A stretch of DNA of 63,169 bases, counting the filler, from Reclinomonas americana ATCC 50394 (Eukaryota): NCBI GenBank assembly GCA_048213135.1. It is 6 parts of 4 records of this genome, joined end to end, with 100 filler letters (N's around TTAATTAATTAA, not from the genome) between each part and the next. Parts side by side here need not be neighbours in the genome. Positions count along the whole stretch, not along the records: positions 1 to 25,719 come from PS015762.1; 5 more parts are not named here. One strand, given 5' to 3'. Position 1 is the stretch's first letter, and every line of letters starts with the position of its first letter. Positions 1-9,357 of the stretch are shown here, in pieces. The notes below the pieces were generated by a model. That model saw only the letters and a program-made list of their open reading frames with translations. It had not been told where the DNA came from and made no database searches. Position numbers and translations under genes: made by a program.

Positions 1-1
1 C

Positions 2-526
2 GTCCTGGTCGGCGCCGGCGGCCTCGGCTTGGCCGCGATCGCGATGCTCCGCGCACTCGGGCATCGGGCCATCACGGTGGTTGAAATCGACGCGCGCAAG
101 CGCCAGGCGGCGCTGGATGCCGGGGCATCGGCAGCCGTCGACGGGGTGCCGGAAGGGCTGAGCGAGCGCATCGTCGTGGCAGCGGGCGGACAGGCGAAGG
201 CGGCGATCGATTTCGTCAATGCCTCGAACACCGTGCCGGGCGTTCTCGATGCCCTCGCCAGAGGCGGCAAGCTCGTGCTCGTCGGCGTCGCCGGCGGCGA
301 GATCGCGCTGTCGCTGGCGAGCCTGATCTTCCGCCCGCGCACGATCCAGGGCTCAGCCACGGGCTCACCTCAGGATCTGCGCGACGTCGTCGCGTTGGCG
401 CAGTCGGGCAAACTGGCGCCAATTCCGATCACGCTGATGCCCAAGACGAAGGTCAACGAGGCGATGACCATGCTCCATCGCGGCGAGGTCACCGGGCGCA
501 TTGTGTTGACGCCTCCGAGCACGTGA
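2..526 (+). CDS. Zn-dependent alcohol dehydrogenase (MDR family), 5'-truncated by window edge
   Basis: Frame from nt 2 reads VLVGAGGLGLAAIAML (NAD-binding GxGxxG); IDFVN, GGKLVLVG, IQGSATGS and C-terminal GEVTGRIVL are typical of MDR ADHs. Confidence 0.85.
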   Translation, partial: VLVGAGGLGLAAIAMLRALGHRAITVVEIDARKRQAALDAGASAAVDGVPEGLSERIVVAAGGQAKAAIDFVNASNTVPGVLDALARGGKLVLVGVAGGEIALSLASLIFRPRTIQGSATGSPQDLRDVVALAQSGKLAPIPITLMPKTKVNEAMTMLHRGEVTGRIVLTPPST

Positions 527-549
527 AGCCGGTCGGCGCAGCAGGAAGC

Positions 550-1251
550 TCAGCCCGGCAAGCCGCTCGTATAGACGGACAAGTGATCGTGCATGGCGCC
601 AGCCGCGGCGTCCTGGTCCTGGCAGGCGATGGCCGCGAGGATCGCCTCATGAGCCCGAACGGCCTCGCGCCGTGTCGCCGGGGTGGTGAAGCGCTCGAAG
701 CCGGTCGCTTCCCGAACGGGCGTCGAGATCGCTTCCATCACCGCGGTGAGCGGTTCATTGCGGCTCGCTCGCGCAATGACGAGATGCCATTCGAAATTGA
801 CCGACCGATATTGCTCCACGTGATCGACGGACGTCGTGAATTCCGCGTGCAGTCTGACCAGGTTCGCCAATTCCTCTTCCGTTCGATATCGTGCGGCCAG
901 GCGCGCGAGCATCGGCTCGACGGCTAGCCGGCAATCCAGCAGCGCTTCAAGCTTGATGGCGTTGGCGCGCACGAACACTTCGACCGAACGCGCCAGCAGA
1001 TCACGTTGCGGGGCGCTGACCACGGCACCGCCCGTGCGGCCGGTCTTGATCCTGATCAGGCCTTCGGTCTCGAGGATCTTGAGCGCTTCGCGCACGGAGC
1101 CGCGGCTCAGCCCGGAACTGCCGACGATGTCCCGCTCGGCCGGCAAGATCGAGCCCGCCGCGAGTTCGCCGCGCAAGATCATTTCCCGCAGCTTATCGGC
1201 AAGCAGGCCGGGTGCCTTCGGCAGGGCGAGCGGTCTGAGATCGAGGTCCAA
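550..1251 (-). CDS. GntR/FadR-family transcriptional regulator (FCD domain)
   Basis: N-terminal wHTH LPAERDI..SGLSRGSVREALKILETEGLI..GRTGGAVV; FCD-like C-terminus (NFEWHLVIARASRN, HEAILAAI). Confidence 0.9.
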   Translation of the reverse strand: MDLDLRPLALPKAPGLLADKLREMILRGELAAGSILPAERDIVGSSGLSRGSVREALKILETEGLIRIKTGRTGGAVVSAPQRDLLARSVEVFVRANAIKLEALLDCRLAVEPMLARLAARYRTEEELANLVRLHAEFTTSVDHVEQYRSVNFEWHLVIARASRNEPLTAVMEAISTPVREATGFERFTTPATRREAVRAHEAILAAIACQDQDAAAGAMHDHLSVYTSGLPG

Positions 1252-1344
1252 GCGGCGTTTCCTCGCGAGAAGGTAGCGCTAGGGTAGCTCAATTTTTCGC
1301 CGCGGCGCATCCGGATCGACGGCATCGCGACAGTCTTGCCAAGT

Positions 1345-2202
1345 TTAGTATCGGCTGAACCCCTGTCCGAGATAGGCGATGTCCTCTGCCGGTCCCAGTG
1401 GGGCGGACGAGGCCAGCGCCTGACCGATCTCGCCGAAGCGGCGATCAATCAACGCTGCGTATTCGGGGTGGGTGAAGATGTAGAATCGCCCCTCGCGGAC
1501 TGCCGTCACGACGGCGTCGCCAATTTCCGAGGCATCGATGCCGAGCGGCCTTGCGCCGGGTTGGGGCTGCGTGGGTGGGACCGGCACTGGCTTCTCGTTC
1601 TCCCCGGGCTGCAATCCTATCCGCGTTGCGACCAGCCCCGGACAGAGCACGGATACGCCGACGGGCGTGCCCGCCAGCTCCATTCGCAAGGTTTCAGACA
1701 GGCCGACAACCGCATATTTCGCGGCGACATACTCGCCGACGCCGGGGCGGGCGAAATGACCGAGGATCGAGGCGGTGTTGACGATATGGGCGTCCGAGCC
1801 ACGCAGCAACATGCCGGGCAGGACTGCTGAAATGCCGTTGAAGACGCCGTGGACGTTGATGTCGAAAACACGCCGCCACGCTTCGGCCGACAGCGCTCCG
1901 AACGGCTGGCGCTCCGAACCGATACCGGCATTGTTGCAGAGAATATCGATGGGGCCGAAGCTCGCCTCGACGTCTCGCAGCGCGAGAGCCCACGACGCCT
2001 CCGACGCGACGTCGAGACGGACTGCCCTAGCTGCCAGCCGCGCGTGCTCGAATTCGCTCGTCACACGCCTCAGTCTCGCCTCGTCGATATCGGCCAGGGC
2101 AACCTTGCAGCCGGCGGTGAGAAACGAGCGCGCGAGCGCCGCGCCGATCCCGGAGGCGGCGCCTGTGACGAGGACGGTCTTCTCGCCAAGGTCCTTCATC
2201 AT
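1345..2202 (-). CDS. SDR-family oxidoreductase
   Basis: TGAASGIG, NNAGI, NTAS, YVAAK (YxxxK), CPG; start moved to the ATG at 2202/2199 instead of the 2607 ORF call. Confidence 0.9.
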   Translation of the reverse strand: MMKDLGEKTVLVTGAASGIGAALARSFLTAGCKVALADIDEARLRRVTSEFEHARLAARAVRLDVASEASWALALRDVEASFGPIDILCNNAGIGSERQPFGALSAEAWRRVFDINVHGVFNGISAVLPGMLLRGSDAHIVNTASILGHFARPGVGEYVAAKYAVVGLSETLRMELAGTPVGVSVLCPGLVATRIGLQPGENEKPVPVPPTQPQPGARPLGIDASEIGDAVVTAVREGRFYIFTHPEYAALIDRRFGEIGQALASSAPLGPAEDIAYLGQGFSRY

Positions 2203-2302
2203 GCGACTCTCCGTCAGAGTTACAGCCGGGTCGGGCCGACACCGACCCTGCCGATGAAGGGATGAACCGCCGTCGTCGGAGCTCCCAGGAGGCGTCAGGT
2301 AT

Positions 2303-2318
2303 AATGGTTTGACCAAAA
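2303..2318. promoter_or_regulatory. Putative FadR-type operator (TGGT-N3-ACCA) between divergent SDRs
   Basis: AATGGTTTGACCAAAA; its exact reverse complement occurs at 3138-3153. Confidence 0.6.
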
Positions 2319-2388
2319 AAGAATAGCGTCTAGGGTTCGGCGGTCTTGGGGACGGACGAGCTTTCCCCACACGGTTCGGGGCGTGCGC

Positions 2389-3111
2389 ATGGAAACCATC
2401 GTCATCACCGGAGCCGCCGGGGGAATCGGCATCGAGACCGTCACGAAACTGGCCCGGTCTGGGCGCCAGTTGCTCTGCGCCGACGTCTCCGAGGTGGCCC
2501 TCGATCGGCTGCGCGAGCCGGCTGAAAAGCTCGATGGAACCGTCACACTGGCGGTCTGTCGCTTCGAGAGCCCCGATGACACCCGCGCATTTCTCCAGTG
2601 CGCGCACGGCCGCGTCGTCGGCCTAGTGCATCTCGCCGGGGTGTTTGAGCGCGATCCGGACGGGATCGACGACATGTCGGTCTACGACCGCGCGATCGCA
2701 GCCAACCTTACCAGCGCTTACCTGATTGCTCATGCCGCTTTCGAGGCGCGCGATCGGACGCGGATCATGAGCCAGGTCTTCATCTCTTCGTCCGCCTTTC
2801 GGCGCGGCGCTCCCGAGCACACACCCTACGGCATCGCCAAGGCGGGGCTGGTCGGATTGGTGCGCGGCCTCGGGCGGCGCTTTGCGCCACATGCCCGCGT
2901 CAATGCGCTCGCACCTTGTGTGATCGACACCGCCATGCCGGCTGAGGTCATTGCTCGCCGAGGCGAGGAAGCGGTCGCAGCCGAGATTCCGCTGGGGCGG
3001 ATTGGGCGTGCGGACGAAGTCGCTGCGGTCGCGGCCTTCCTGTTGAGCGAAGAAGCGTCCTTCGTCTCCTGCCAGACCATCAATGTCGACGGTGGCCTGA
3101 TCCCCTCATGA
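2389..3111 (+). CDS. SDR-family oxidoreductase (FabG-like)
   Basis: TGAAGGIG, HLAG, YGIAK, RVNALAP, IPLGRIG, NVDGG. Confidence 0.9.
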   Translation: METIVITGAAGGIGIETVTKLARSGRQLLCADVSEVALDRLREPAEKLDGTVTLAVCRFESPDDTRAFLQCAHGRVVGLVHLAGVFERDPDGIDDMSVYDRAIAANLTSAYLIAHAAFEARDRTRIMSQVFISSSAFRRGAPEHTPYGIAKAGLVGLVRGLGRRFAPHARVNALAPCVIDTAMPAEVIARRGEEAVAAEIPLGRIGRADEVAAVAAFLLSEEASFVSCQTINVDGGLIPS

Positions 3112-3137
3112 GACCTTAGCAGTCTGAGAGAGGACGA

Positions 3138-3172
3138 TTTTGGTCAAACCATTTACTAAAAGGTTTGACCAA
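3138..3172. promoter_or_regulatory. Two putative FadR-type operators upstream of the solute-binding protein gene
   Basis: TGGTCAAACCA (3141-3151) and AGGTTTGACCA (3161-3171), 20 bp apart in an AT-rich spacer. Confidence 0.6.
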
Positions 3173-3288
3173 ATACCCTATTTCTCGCAAGCTCGCCTCG
3201 GAGCGGCAATTGCCGGTCCAAAGCTGCCGACAGTGCAGCGTCAACAAGCGAACAAAATCGAAGATTCGCGCTCTTTGGGAGGAGCACA

Positions 3289-4521
3289 ATGAAGTCGGAT
3301 TTGGCAGCGCCTATCAGCCTCAGTCGCCGCGCAGTCGTCGCCGGCGCGTTGTCGGCACCCTTCCTCGCCAAGAGCGCTGCGGCGCAAGGTAGATCATTTC
3401 GCATCGGAGCCCTCAGCGACATGTCCGGCATGGTCGTCGACCTGTCTGGACCTGGCACGCTGACGAGCATGCGGATGGCGGTCGAGGATTTCGGCGGAAC
3501 CGTTCTTGGCCTGCCCATCGAAATCGTCCAGGGCGACCATCTCAACAAGCCCGATACCGGCATCAGCCTGGCGCGGCGCTGGTATGACGATGGTGTCAAC
3601 GCGATCTTCGACGTCGGCATCACCAGCGTCGCCTTGGGCGTTCAGGAACTCGCCAAGGACAAGAACAAGGCTGTAATCTTCATCTCCTCGTCGAGCGCCG
3701 ATCTGACCGGCAAGAAGTGCGGACCCAATGGCATCCATTGGAACCACAACAGCCACAGCCAAGCCATCGGCGTGGTCAAGGCCGCGATCAAGGCTGGCGG
3801 CGACAGCTGGTTTTTTCTGACTGTCGACTACGCTTATGGCCACACTGTCCAGAACGACACGACCGCGATGATACAGGCGGCCGGGGGCAAGGTCGTCGGA
3901 TCGGCCAAGCACGGCTTCGAAACCACCGACTTCTCTTCCGATCTGCTAAAGGCTCAGACCTCTGGCGCGAAGGTAGTCGCCTTGGCGACGACGAGCGTAC
4001 ATGTTCCCAATGTCGTCAAGCAGGCTGACGAGTTCGGCCTCCGGCCAAAGCAGATGCTCGCGCCGCTGAGCATGACCTTGCACGACGTCAAGGCGATGGG
4101 ACTGCAGACAGCGCAAGGGCTGCTGGAAACTTCGACCTACTACTGGGACCAGAACGACGAATCCCGCGCCTTCGCCCAGCGCTTCTTCGAGCGCTTCAAG
4201 CGCATGCCGAACATGATCCAGGCCAGCGCCTATGGCGCGACGCTGCATTATCTCAACGCGGTCAAGGCGGTTGGACGTGAGGACACCGGCGCGATCATCG
4301 CTCATATGAAGGCGACGCCGGTCAACGATTTCATGTCGAAGAATACCCGCATCCGTGCCGACGGCCAGGTGATGCGCGACCAGATCATCCTTCAGGTCAA
4401 GACACCAAGCGAGTCGAAGGGCGAGTGGGATCTTTACAGGGTCGTCGGCAGCCTACCGGCGGCCGAATCCTTCGCGCCGGCCGATCCCGCCGTCTGCTCG
4501 CTGGTGAAGTCGGCCGGCTGA
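3289..4521 (+). CDS. ABC transporter substrate-binding protein, branched-chain amino acid/aromatic acid type (PBP1)
   Basis: Tat-like signal SRRAVV..AAAQ; IGALSDMSG, DHLNKPD, WFFLTVDYAYG, IRADGQV; GGAG RBS. Confidence 0.9.
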   Translation: MKSDLAAPISLSRRAVVAGALSAPFLAKSAAAQGRSFRIGALSDMSGMVVDLSGPGTLTSMRMAVEDFGGTVLGLPIEIVQGDHLNKPDTGISLARRWYDDGVNAIFDVGITSVALGVQELAKDKNKAVIFISSSSADLTGKKCGPNGIHWNHNSHSQAIGVVKAAIKAGGDSWFFLTVDYAYGHTVQNDTTAMIQAAGGKVVGSAKHGFETTDFSSDLLKAQTSGAKVVALATTSVHVPNVVKQADEFGLRPKQMLAPLSMTLHDVKAMGLQTAQGLLETSTYYWDQNDESRAFAQRFFERFKRMPNMIQASAYGATLHYLNAVKAVGREDTGAIIAHMKATPVNDFMSKNTRIRADGQVMRDQIILQVKTPSESKGEWDLYRVVGSLPAAESFAPADPAVCSLVKSAG

Positions 4522-4703
4522 GAGTTCGCGCGCGTCGTTCGACCACGCGCTCTTCGGGGGCTCGGGAACTCCCGCGGGAACAGAGCGGAGATCACTTTAG
4601 ACGGGTTTCACGGCTTCCCGTCCGGGGTGGGCGGCTCCCAACCCCCATGCCGGCACGGCCATGTACGAGAACGCTGAAGAGCAGCGCGACAGGAGGAGAC
4701 TAG

Positions 4704-5678
4704 ATGAAGCTCAGCGCATTCAATCTGATCGTGGCCGCGATGATGTGCATTGGTCCGGCAACGACGAGCCGTGCACAGGCACCGGCCTACCCGAACCACC
4801 CCGTCACCATCGTGGTCCCCTTTCCGGCCGGCAGTGCGACCGACTCCGTCGCCCGCAGAGTCAGCGAAGGCCTTCAGCGCAAGCTCAGGCAAGGTTTTGT
4901 CATCGAGAACAAGGCCGGTGCGGACGGCATCATCGCCAGCCGTCAGGTCGCCAGCGCTGCAGCGGACGGCTATACGCTGCTCATCACGACCAATACCACT
5001 CACTCGGCCAATCCGAGCATCTATCGGCAGCTACCCTACGATCCGAAGAAGGATTTCGCACCGGTCGGAGGCATCATCCGCATCCCGTTCATTCTGGCGA
5101 TCCGCCCGGGCTTTCCCGCCAAGGATTTCGCGGGTTTCGTCAAGGCCGCCAAGGAAGCCAGTCCGTCGCTGTCCTACGGCAGCGGCAGCATGGGTAGCCG
5201 GGCTTCCGCCGAACTGCTCAAGGCGCGCCTGGGCTTCGACATGACGCACGTGCCGTATCGCGGTTCGCCTCAGGCTATGACCGATCTGATCGGCGATCGA
5301 ATCGACGTGTTCTTCCCAGACCCGGCGAGCGCCCTCGGCATGATCCAGGAGAAGCGTTTCCCGGTCTTGGCGGTGACCGGCCCGAAACGCGTGCCGACCC
5401 TGCCCGATACCCCGACGCTGATGGAGCTCGGTGTACCCGACTTCAACATTGTCGCCTGGGTCGCCGCCTTCGCGCCGGCCGGTACGCCCCAGCCGATCGT
5501 GCAGCGCCTAAACGGCGCGCTGAACGAGCTGCTGCGCGAGCCCGACATGATCGCCTTCGTCAATCAGATCGGCTCGGAGATCCTAGCGACGACGCCGGCC
5601 GAGCTCGGGGCCTATGTCGACGAGGACGCGGCGCGCTGGGTCCATCTCGTCGAAATCGCGAAGATCGAGAAGAAATAG
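4704..5678 (+). CDS. Bug/TctC tripartite tricarboxylate transporter substrate-binding protein
   Basis: Signal peptide; YPNHPVTIVVPFPAGSATD, ENKAGADG, DGYTLL, HVPYRGS, PDTPT; AGGAGGAG RBS. Confidence 0.92.
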   Translation: MKLSAFNLIVAAMMCIGPATTSRAQAPAYPNHPVTIVVPFPAGSATDSVARRVSEGLQRKLRQGFVIENKAGADGIIASRQVASAAADGYTLLITTNTTHSANPSIYRQLPYDPKKDFAPVGGIIRIPFILAIRPGFPAKDFAGFVKAAKEASPSLSYGSGSMGSRASAELLKARLGFDMTHVPYRGSPQAMTDLIGDRIDVFFPDPASALGMIQEKRFPVLAVTGPKRVPTLPDTPTLMELGVPDFNIVAWVAAFAPAGTPQPIVQRLNGALNELLREPDMIAFVNQIGSEILATTPAELGAYVDEDAARWVHLVEIAKIEKK

Positions 5679-5724
5679 CCGCGCCCACCAGCGAAAAATC
5701 CGGCCAGGTTTGAGCCAAAATCGC

Positions 5725-6603
5725 CTACGGGACGGACGAAGCGACTGCGGCGTGCCGGCCGCACCCTGCGCAAGCACCTTCGTCGACGACGACCGCAACC
5801 TCACCGCAGGCGTCACATTTGAGGAGTGGTGGCATGCCTCCTTGTGTCGCGGCACGATAGAGCTCTCGGGCGAAATGGCTCACCAAGGTTGGCCAGATCT
5901 GGCCTTTCGCCGGGAAGGTCATGGGGCATACGCGACACCTGAGGCGAGCTGTGTCCTGGTCGATGTCGGCGGGATCCTCTAATTCGATGAGGACAGAGTT
6001 GCAGACTGCGCACACGAGCTCTGTCGAGGCGGCGTGGCGCATTGTTGGCGACCGCCAGCGCAGCGGGCGCGTCGAGGCCTGGCATCGGGCCAATTCGTCC
6101 TGAAAAACGCTCTCGTTGGAGAGAAGAAACTCCCAAGTGTCGGACTCCAGCGCTTCTGCCGGATCGAGGCCGAGGACGTCGAACAGGCTGCGAATCATCA
6201 TCGCCGACTGCGCGACGACCTCTCGCAGCTCGTCGCGACTGCCTGCGAACCGGTAGTGCTCCAAGAAATTGCGATGGATCGTAAGCTTTCTCAGGGGAGT
6301 CCAATCGAGCTTAATTCCAAGCAGTCCGAACCGCTCGACGATCTGCTGCTCGTCTACGGTCTTCTCGCCCTGGCCCTTGAAGACGAGGTCGCCGGCAGCA
6401 TCGAGTCCGGGGGTGATGCGTGCCTTGATGAGCACCTCGTCGCTTTCGGCCGGCGACAAGGCTCGGAGCTTCTCTTTGCAAAGGAGGAGAATTCCAGCCT
6501 GGACGTTACGCACGGCGGAGATCAACCGTCGCGGGTCCGCTGAACGGAAATCCTCAACGCCGATTTCGATCGATTGTACTGCGTTCGTGAGCAGGGACTC
6601 CAT
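5725..6603 (-). CDS. Hypothetical protein: HEPN-like domain plus C-terminal zinc ribbons
   Basis: Helical N-terminus with AVRNVQAGILLLCKEKL and RNFLEH (R-x4-H); four CxxC (CAVC, CRVC, CDAC, CAGC). ATG at 6603 preferred. Confidence 0.65.
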   Translation of the reverse strand: MESLLTNAVQSIEIGVEDFRSADPRRLISAVRNVQAGILLLCKEKLRALSPAESDEVLIKARITPGLDAAGDLVFKGQGEKTVDEQQIVERFGLLGIKLDWTPLRKLTIHRNFLEHYRFAGSRDELREVVAQSAMMIRSLFDVLGLDPAEALESDTWEFLLSNESVFQDELARCQASTRPLRWRSPTMRHAASTELVCAVCNSVLIELEDPADIDQDTARLRCRVCPMTFPAKGQIWPTLVSHFARELYRAATQGGMPPLLKCDACGEVAVVVDEGACAGCGRHAAVASSVP

Positions 6604-6763
6604 GAACCGGGTGGCCCTCGATGGCGGGTATAGATGCGCAGGAAGCGCCACGAGCGGATGTTGGCAGATCGCCCATTCCGGACATCGGCACAGCAGCCGT
6701 CAGTCTTCCTTAATTTGCTCCTTCAAGCAGCTCATAAGGAAATTTCGCGGTCTTTCTCGGCGG

Positions 6764-8806
6764 CTAGCCGCCCGCTACCGGCGGATATGACATCGGGCTC
6801 GGGATTCTCGAATCTGAAAGCACTGCCCGTTTCAAAGGCGTGAGGTCTCGCTGTCCGATCAACGCCGACGTGCCTTCAACGCCTAGTCCAAGTGTGAACC
6901 GAAATGCGGAGCCAGGCGCTCCGACGGGCATACGTCGACACAATAGATCGGCGAGTGCCGCATCCTCCACGGCGACGATTACCTGGCGGTCGGACGCGAC
7001 AAGCTGGGCCAACACCTCAGCGAGATTGACGGTCCTAAAATCGTCGACGTGTTGGACGGGGTCATCGAGCAAAATGGTCCGCCACCGGCTCCAGGCAAGC
7101 GAGAGGTTGATCGACAACAAAAATGCCAGGCCAGTTGCGCGACGCTGGCCGCTGGAAAACAGGAACTGCGGGTTTAGGCCCTCTCCGACCTGAAGCGAGA
7201 GGAAGCGCTTTACGTCCCCGCGGATCGAGTACTCGATGTCCTGCCAAAAAGGGTGAGGACGGAGGCGACCATAGAGTTCCGCCATGAGCGGCAGGACCCG
7301 CTGCAGCCGCAGATCGAGCGTCTCGCCAGCTGCGCGCCGAGCGGCGTCGTGAAGCGCAGCGGCCGTCACTTCTGATTGCCTTGATCGAGCCGCCCTTTCT
7401 TGAGCCCGGAGCAGCCGCTGGCGGGCTTCATCGAGCGTACTCGTTGCGCGCTCCAGTTGCGCGTTTTGCGTCAGGGTGCCGAGGATGCGGACGGAGTGTC
7501 GCGCTGCGTCGAGGTCAATTCGGCGCATATCGACCAGGTGCGAAAACTGTTCTCGCGAACCTTCGGCTGGGAAGTTCAGCTCTTTCAGCAAAGTCAGGCG
7601 CCATTCCTCGCGCTTCTGGAAGTTCTCGACATCGGCTTTAAGACGGGCGAGTTCCTCCTCCTTCGCAGCGATTGCGGCATCAGCGTTCTGAATGGCCTCC
7701 TTTCGACGCGCGGCTTCGGCCGCGACCGCGTTGAGCCGCTCCATTATCTCTCTCGATCGGCTCTTCCCTTCCGCCAAACTCACCGCATCGTGCCGGGCAG
7801 CGCATAGGGGGCAGCCACCGTCGAGTGGACCAAGTTCATCGCCGATCTGATGGAGGCGATGAAGATCCTGGACGAGCTCGACGAGCACCCCCGAAGCGGC
7901 TTCCTCGGCTGGCAGCGCGTGCCGCTCTTCGCGAGCCTGCAAGATGTCTCCAGCCTGTTTCTCGATCTGTATTGAGACCTCAACGAGAAGCCCAGCAAAC
8001 ATGGCCGTCTCGTCCCAGCGCTCAAGCAGAGTCTCGGCTTCAGCAAGCTCACGTTCCACCCGCACGACAAACTCTCGCCCGGCCGCGGCCAGCTGATCGG
8101 GAGCTGCGGGCATTCCATCCACGAGTTCAGAGAGCCGTGACGATGCCGCGGCAACAGCGGCATCGGGGGTCAGCTCAGCCCGGGCCTCGTCGAGCCTGCG
8201 CTGTGCGTCCGCGACAGCGGTTGTCGCCGAAATGACTTCAGCCTTTGCTTCATCCGATCTGCGCTTCGCTGTTCGGACGAGCGAATGCCCCTTGTCAGTC
8301 CAGATCTCAGCGTCACCTGCCCCGATCGCCTGCCGCAGCAGGGCATAGCGATCCGTCTCTGACAGGTCGAGGCTAAGAGCAGCAATAAACTCGTCGCGGA
8401 TGATGGAAGACGCGCAAAGCTGTTTGAGAGGCGACGGCGGAGCAGCCTCCGCGTGAATCATAGCTGCTTGAACGGATGCAAGTGTCTGAGGCGCGGGGTC
8501 GTCTATGGGGGTACGACGTATCGTGATCGGCCCATCTTCGGTAACGAATGTCACCTCAACAAACCGTGCAGATGGGGCGGGCCCGTCGCCCTTCCACCAA
8601 AGATAGTCTTCGACCGTCTGACCTGCTGCTTTGCTATCGCCGTACTTCGTCAGCCGCCCGATCAACGCAAATTCGACCGCGTCGAAGATCGTGCTCTTGC
8701 CTACGCCGTTCCGACCATCGATCACGTTGAAGCCAGGAGCAAGCTGTATTCGAGTTTCATCGCGAAAGCCTCGGAAGCCTGCAATGGTGATCTCAGCAAG
8801 CTTCAT
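6764..8806 (-). CDS. SMC/Rad50-like ABC ATPase (Lamassu LmuB / ABC-3C type)
   Basis: GFRGF start, Walker A GRNGVGKST, long coiled coil with central CPLC, signature FSSGQ, Walker B LLDDP; ATGA overlap with upstream gene. Confidence 0.85.
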   Translation of the reverse strand: MKLAEITIAGFRGFRDETRIQLAPGFNVIDGRNGVGKSTIFDAVEFALIGRLTKYGDSKAAGQTVEDYLWWKGDGPAPSARFVEVTFVTEDGPITIRRTPIDDPAPQTLASVQAAMIHAEAAPPSPLKQLCASSIIRDEFIAALSLDLSETDRYALLRQAIGAGDAEIWTDKGHSLVRTAKRRSDEAKAEVISATTAVADAQRRLDEARAELTPDAAVAAASSRLSELVDGMPAAPDQLAAAGREFVVRVERELAEAETLLERWDETAMFAGLLVEVSIQIEKQAGDILQAREERHALPAEEAASGVLVELVQDLHRLHQIGDELGPLDGGCPLCAARHDAVSLAEGKSRSREIMERLNAVAAEAARRKEAIQNADAAIAAKEEELARLKADVENFQKREEWRLTLLKELNFPAEGSREQFSHLVDMRRIDLDAARHSVRILGTLTQNAQLERATSTLDEARQRLLRAQERAARSRQSEVTAAALHDAARRAAGETLDLRLQRVLPLMAELYGRLRPHPFWQDIEYSIRGDVKRFLSLQVGEGLNPQFLFSSGQRRATGLAFLLSINLSLAWSRWRTILLDDPVQHVDDFRTVNLAEVLAQLVASDRQVIVAVEDAALADLLCRRMPVGAPGSAFRFTLGLGVEGTSALIGQRDLTPLKRAVLSDSRIPSPMSYPPVAGG

Positions 8807-9357
8807 ACGTCGTCCTCCACAATCTGCAGTACGACGGACTCATCAGCGTGCGATAAGAAGGCGCGCACGACCTCGGAACTCACTTCGCCTGCACGCCCTC
8901 TTATTTCCGACGGCATGTCTATGGGTTCAAGGACAGGCGCCGCGCGAAATGGCAGCAGCGGAAGCAGCGCGGCTCTCGCGGTCGCAAGACCATTGACGCC
9001 AGCTCGCGCGATCTTCCGCGTGCCTTCGAGATTTTCCTCAATTTGACCAAGCGCCAGGGCGTCCCCAAATCCCGCGCCATCTCCAGCGAGAAACACGAGG
9101 TACGTATTCCAGGCCTTTGGCCCGGCCGCTCCAAGCACTTGTGCCTGCGAGCGCATCAATGCGTCCGATGCCGCTCGCCAGTTCAAGATGAGAGACGCAA
9201 CGGAGTCGTAGGCAAGCACGAACCCGATAACAGTGTCGTTCTCGAACGCCAGCGCGCCCTTTGTTGACCCGACAACGTCGAAGCTTGCGGGCAATTGGCG
9301 TACCGAAAAGGCGGCGTCGGTGAGAACCACGCGCGTGGTTTCAATGATGTCGTTCAA
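8803..9357 (-). CDS. Small protein resembling ABC-three-component middle component (LmuC-like)
   Basis: WNTYLVFL...IEENLEGTRKIAR recalls the MC1-type WNxYL...IExD...RK pattern; TTG at 9357 overlaps the SIR2 stop (TTGA) and its stop overlaps the ATPase start. Confidence 0.65.
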   Translation of the reverse strand: MNDIIETTRVVLTDAAFSVRQLPASFDVVGSTKGALAFENDTVIGFVLAYDSVASLILNWRAASDALMRSQAQVLGAAGPKAWNTYLVFLAGDGAGFGDALALGQIEENLEGTRKIARAGVNGLATARAALLPLLPFRAAPVLEPIDMPSEIRGRAGEVSSEVVRAFLSHADESVVLQIVEDDV

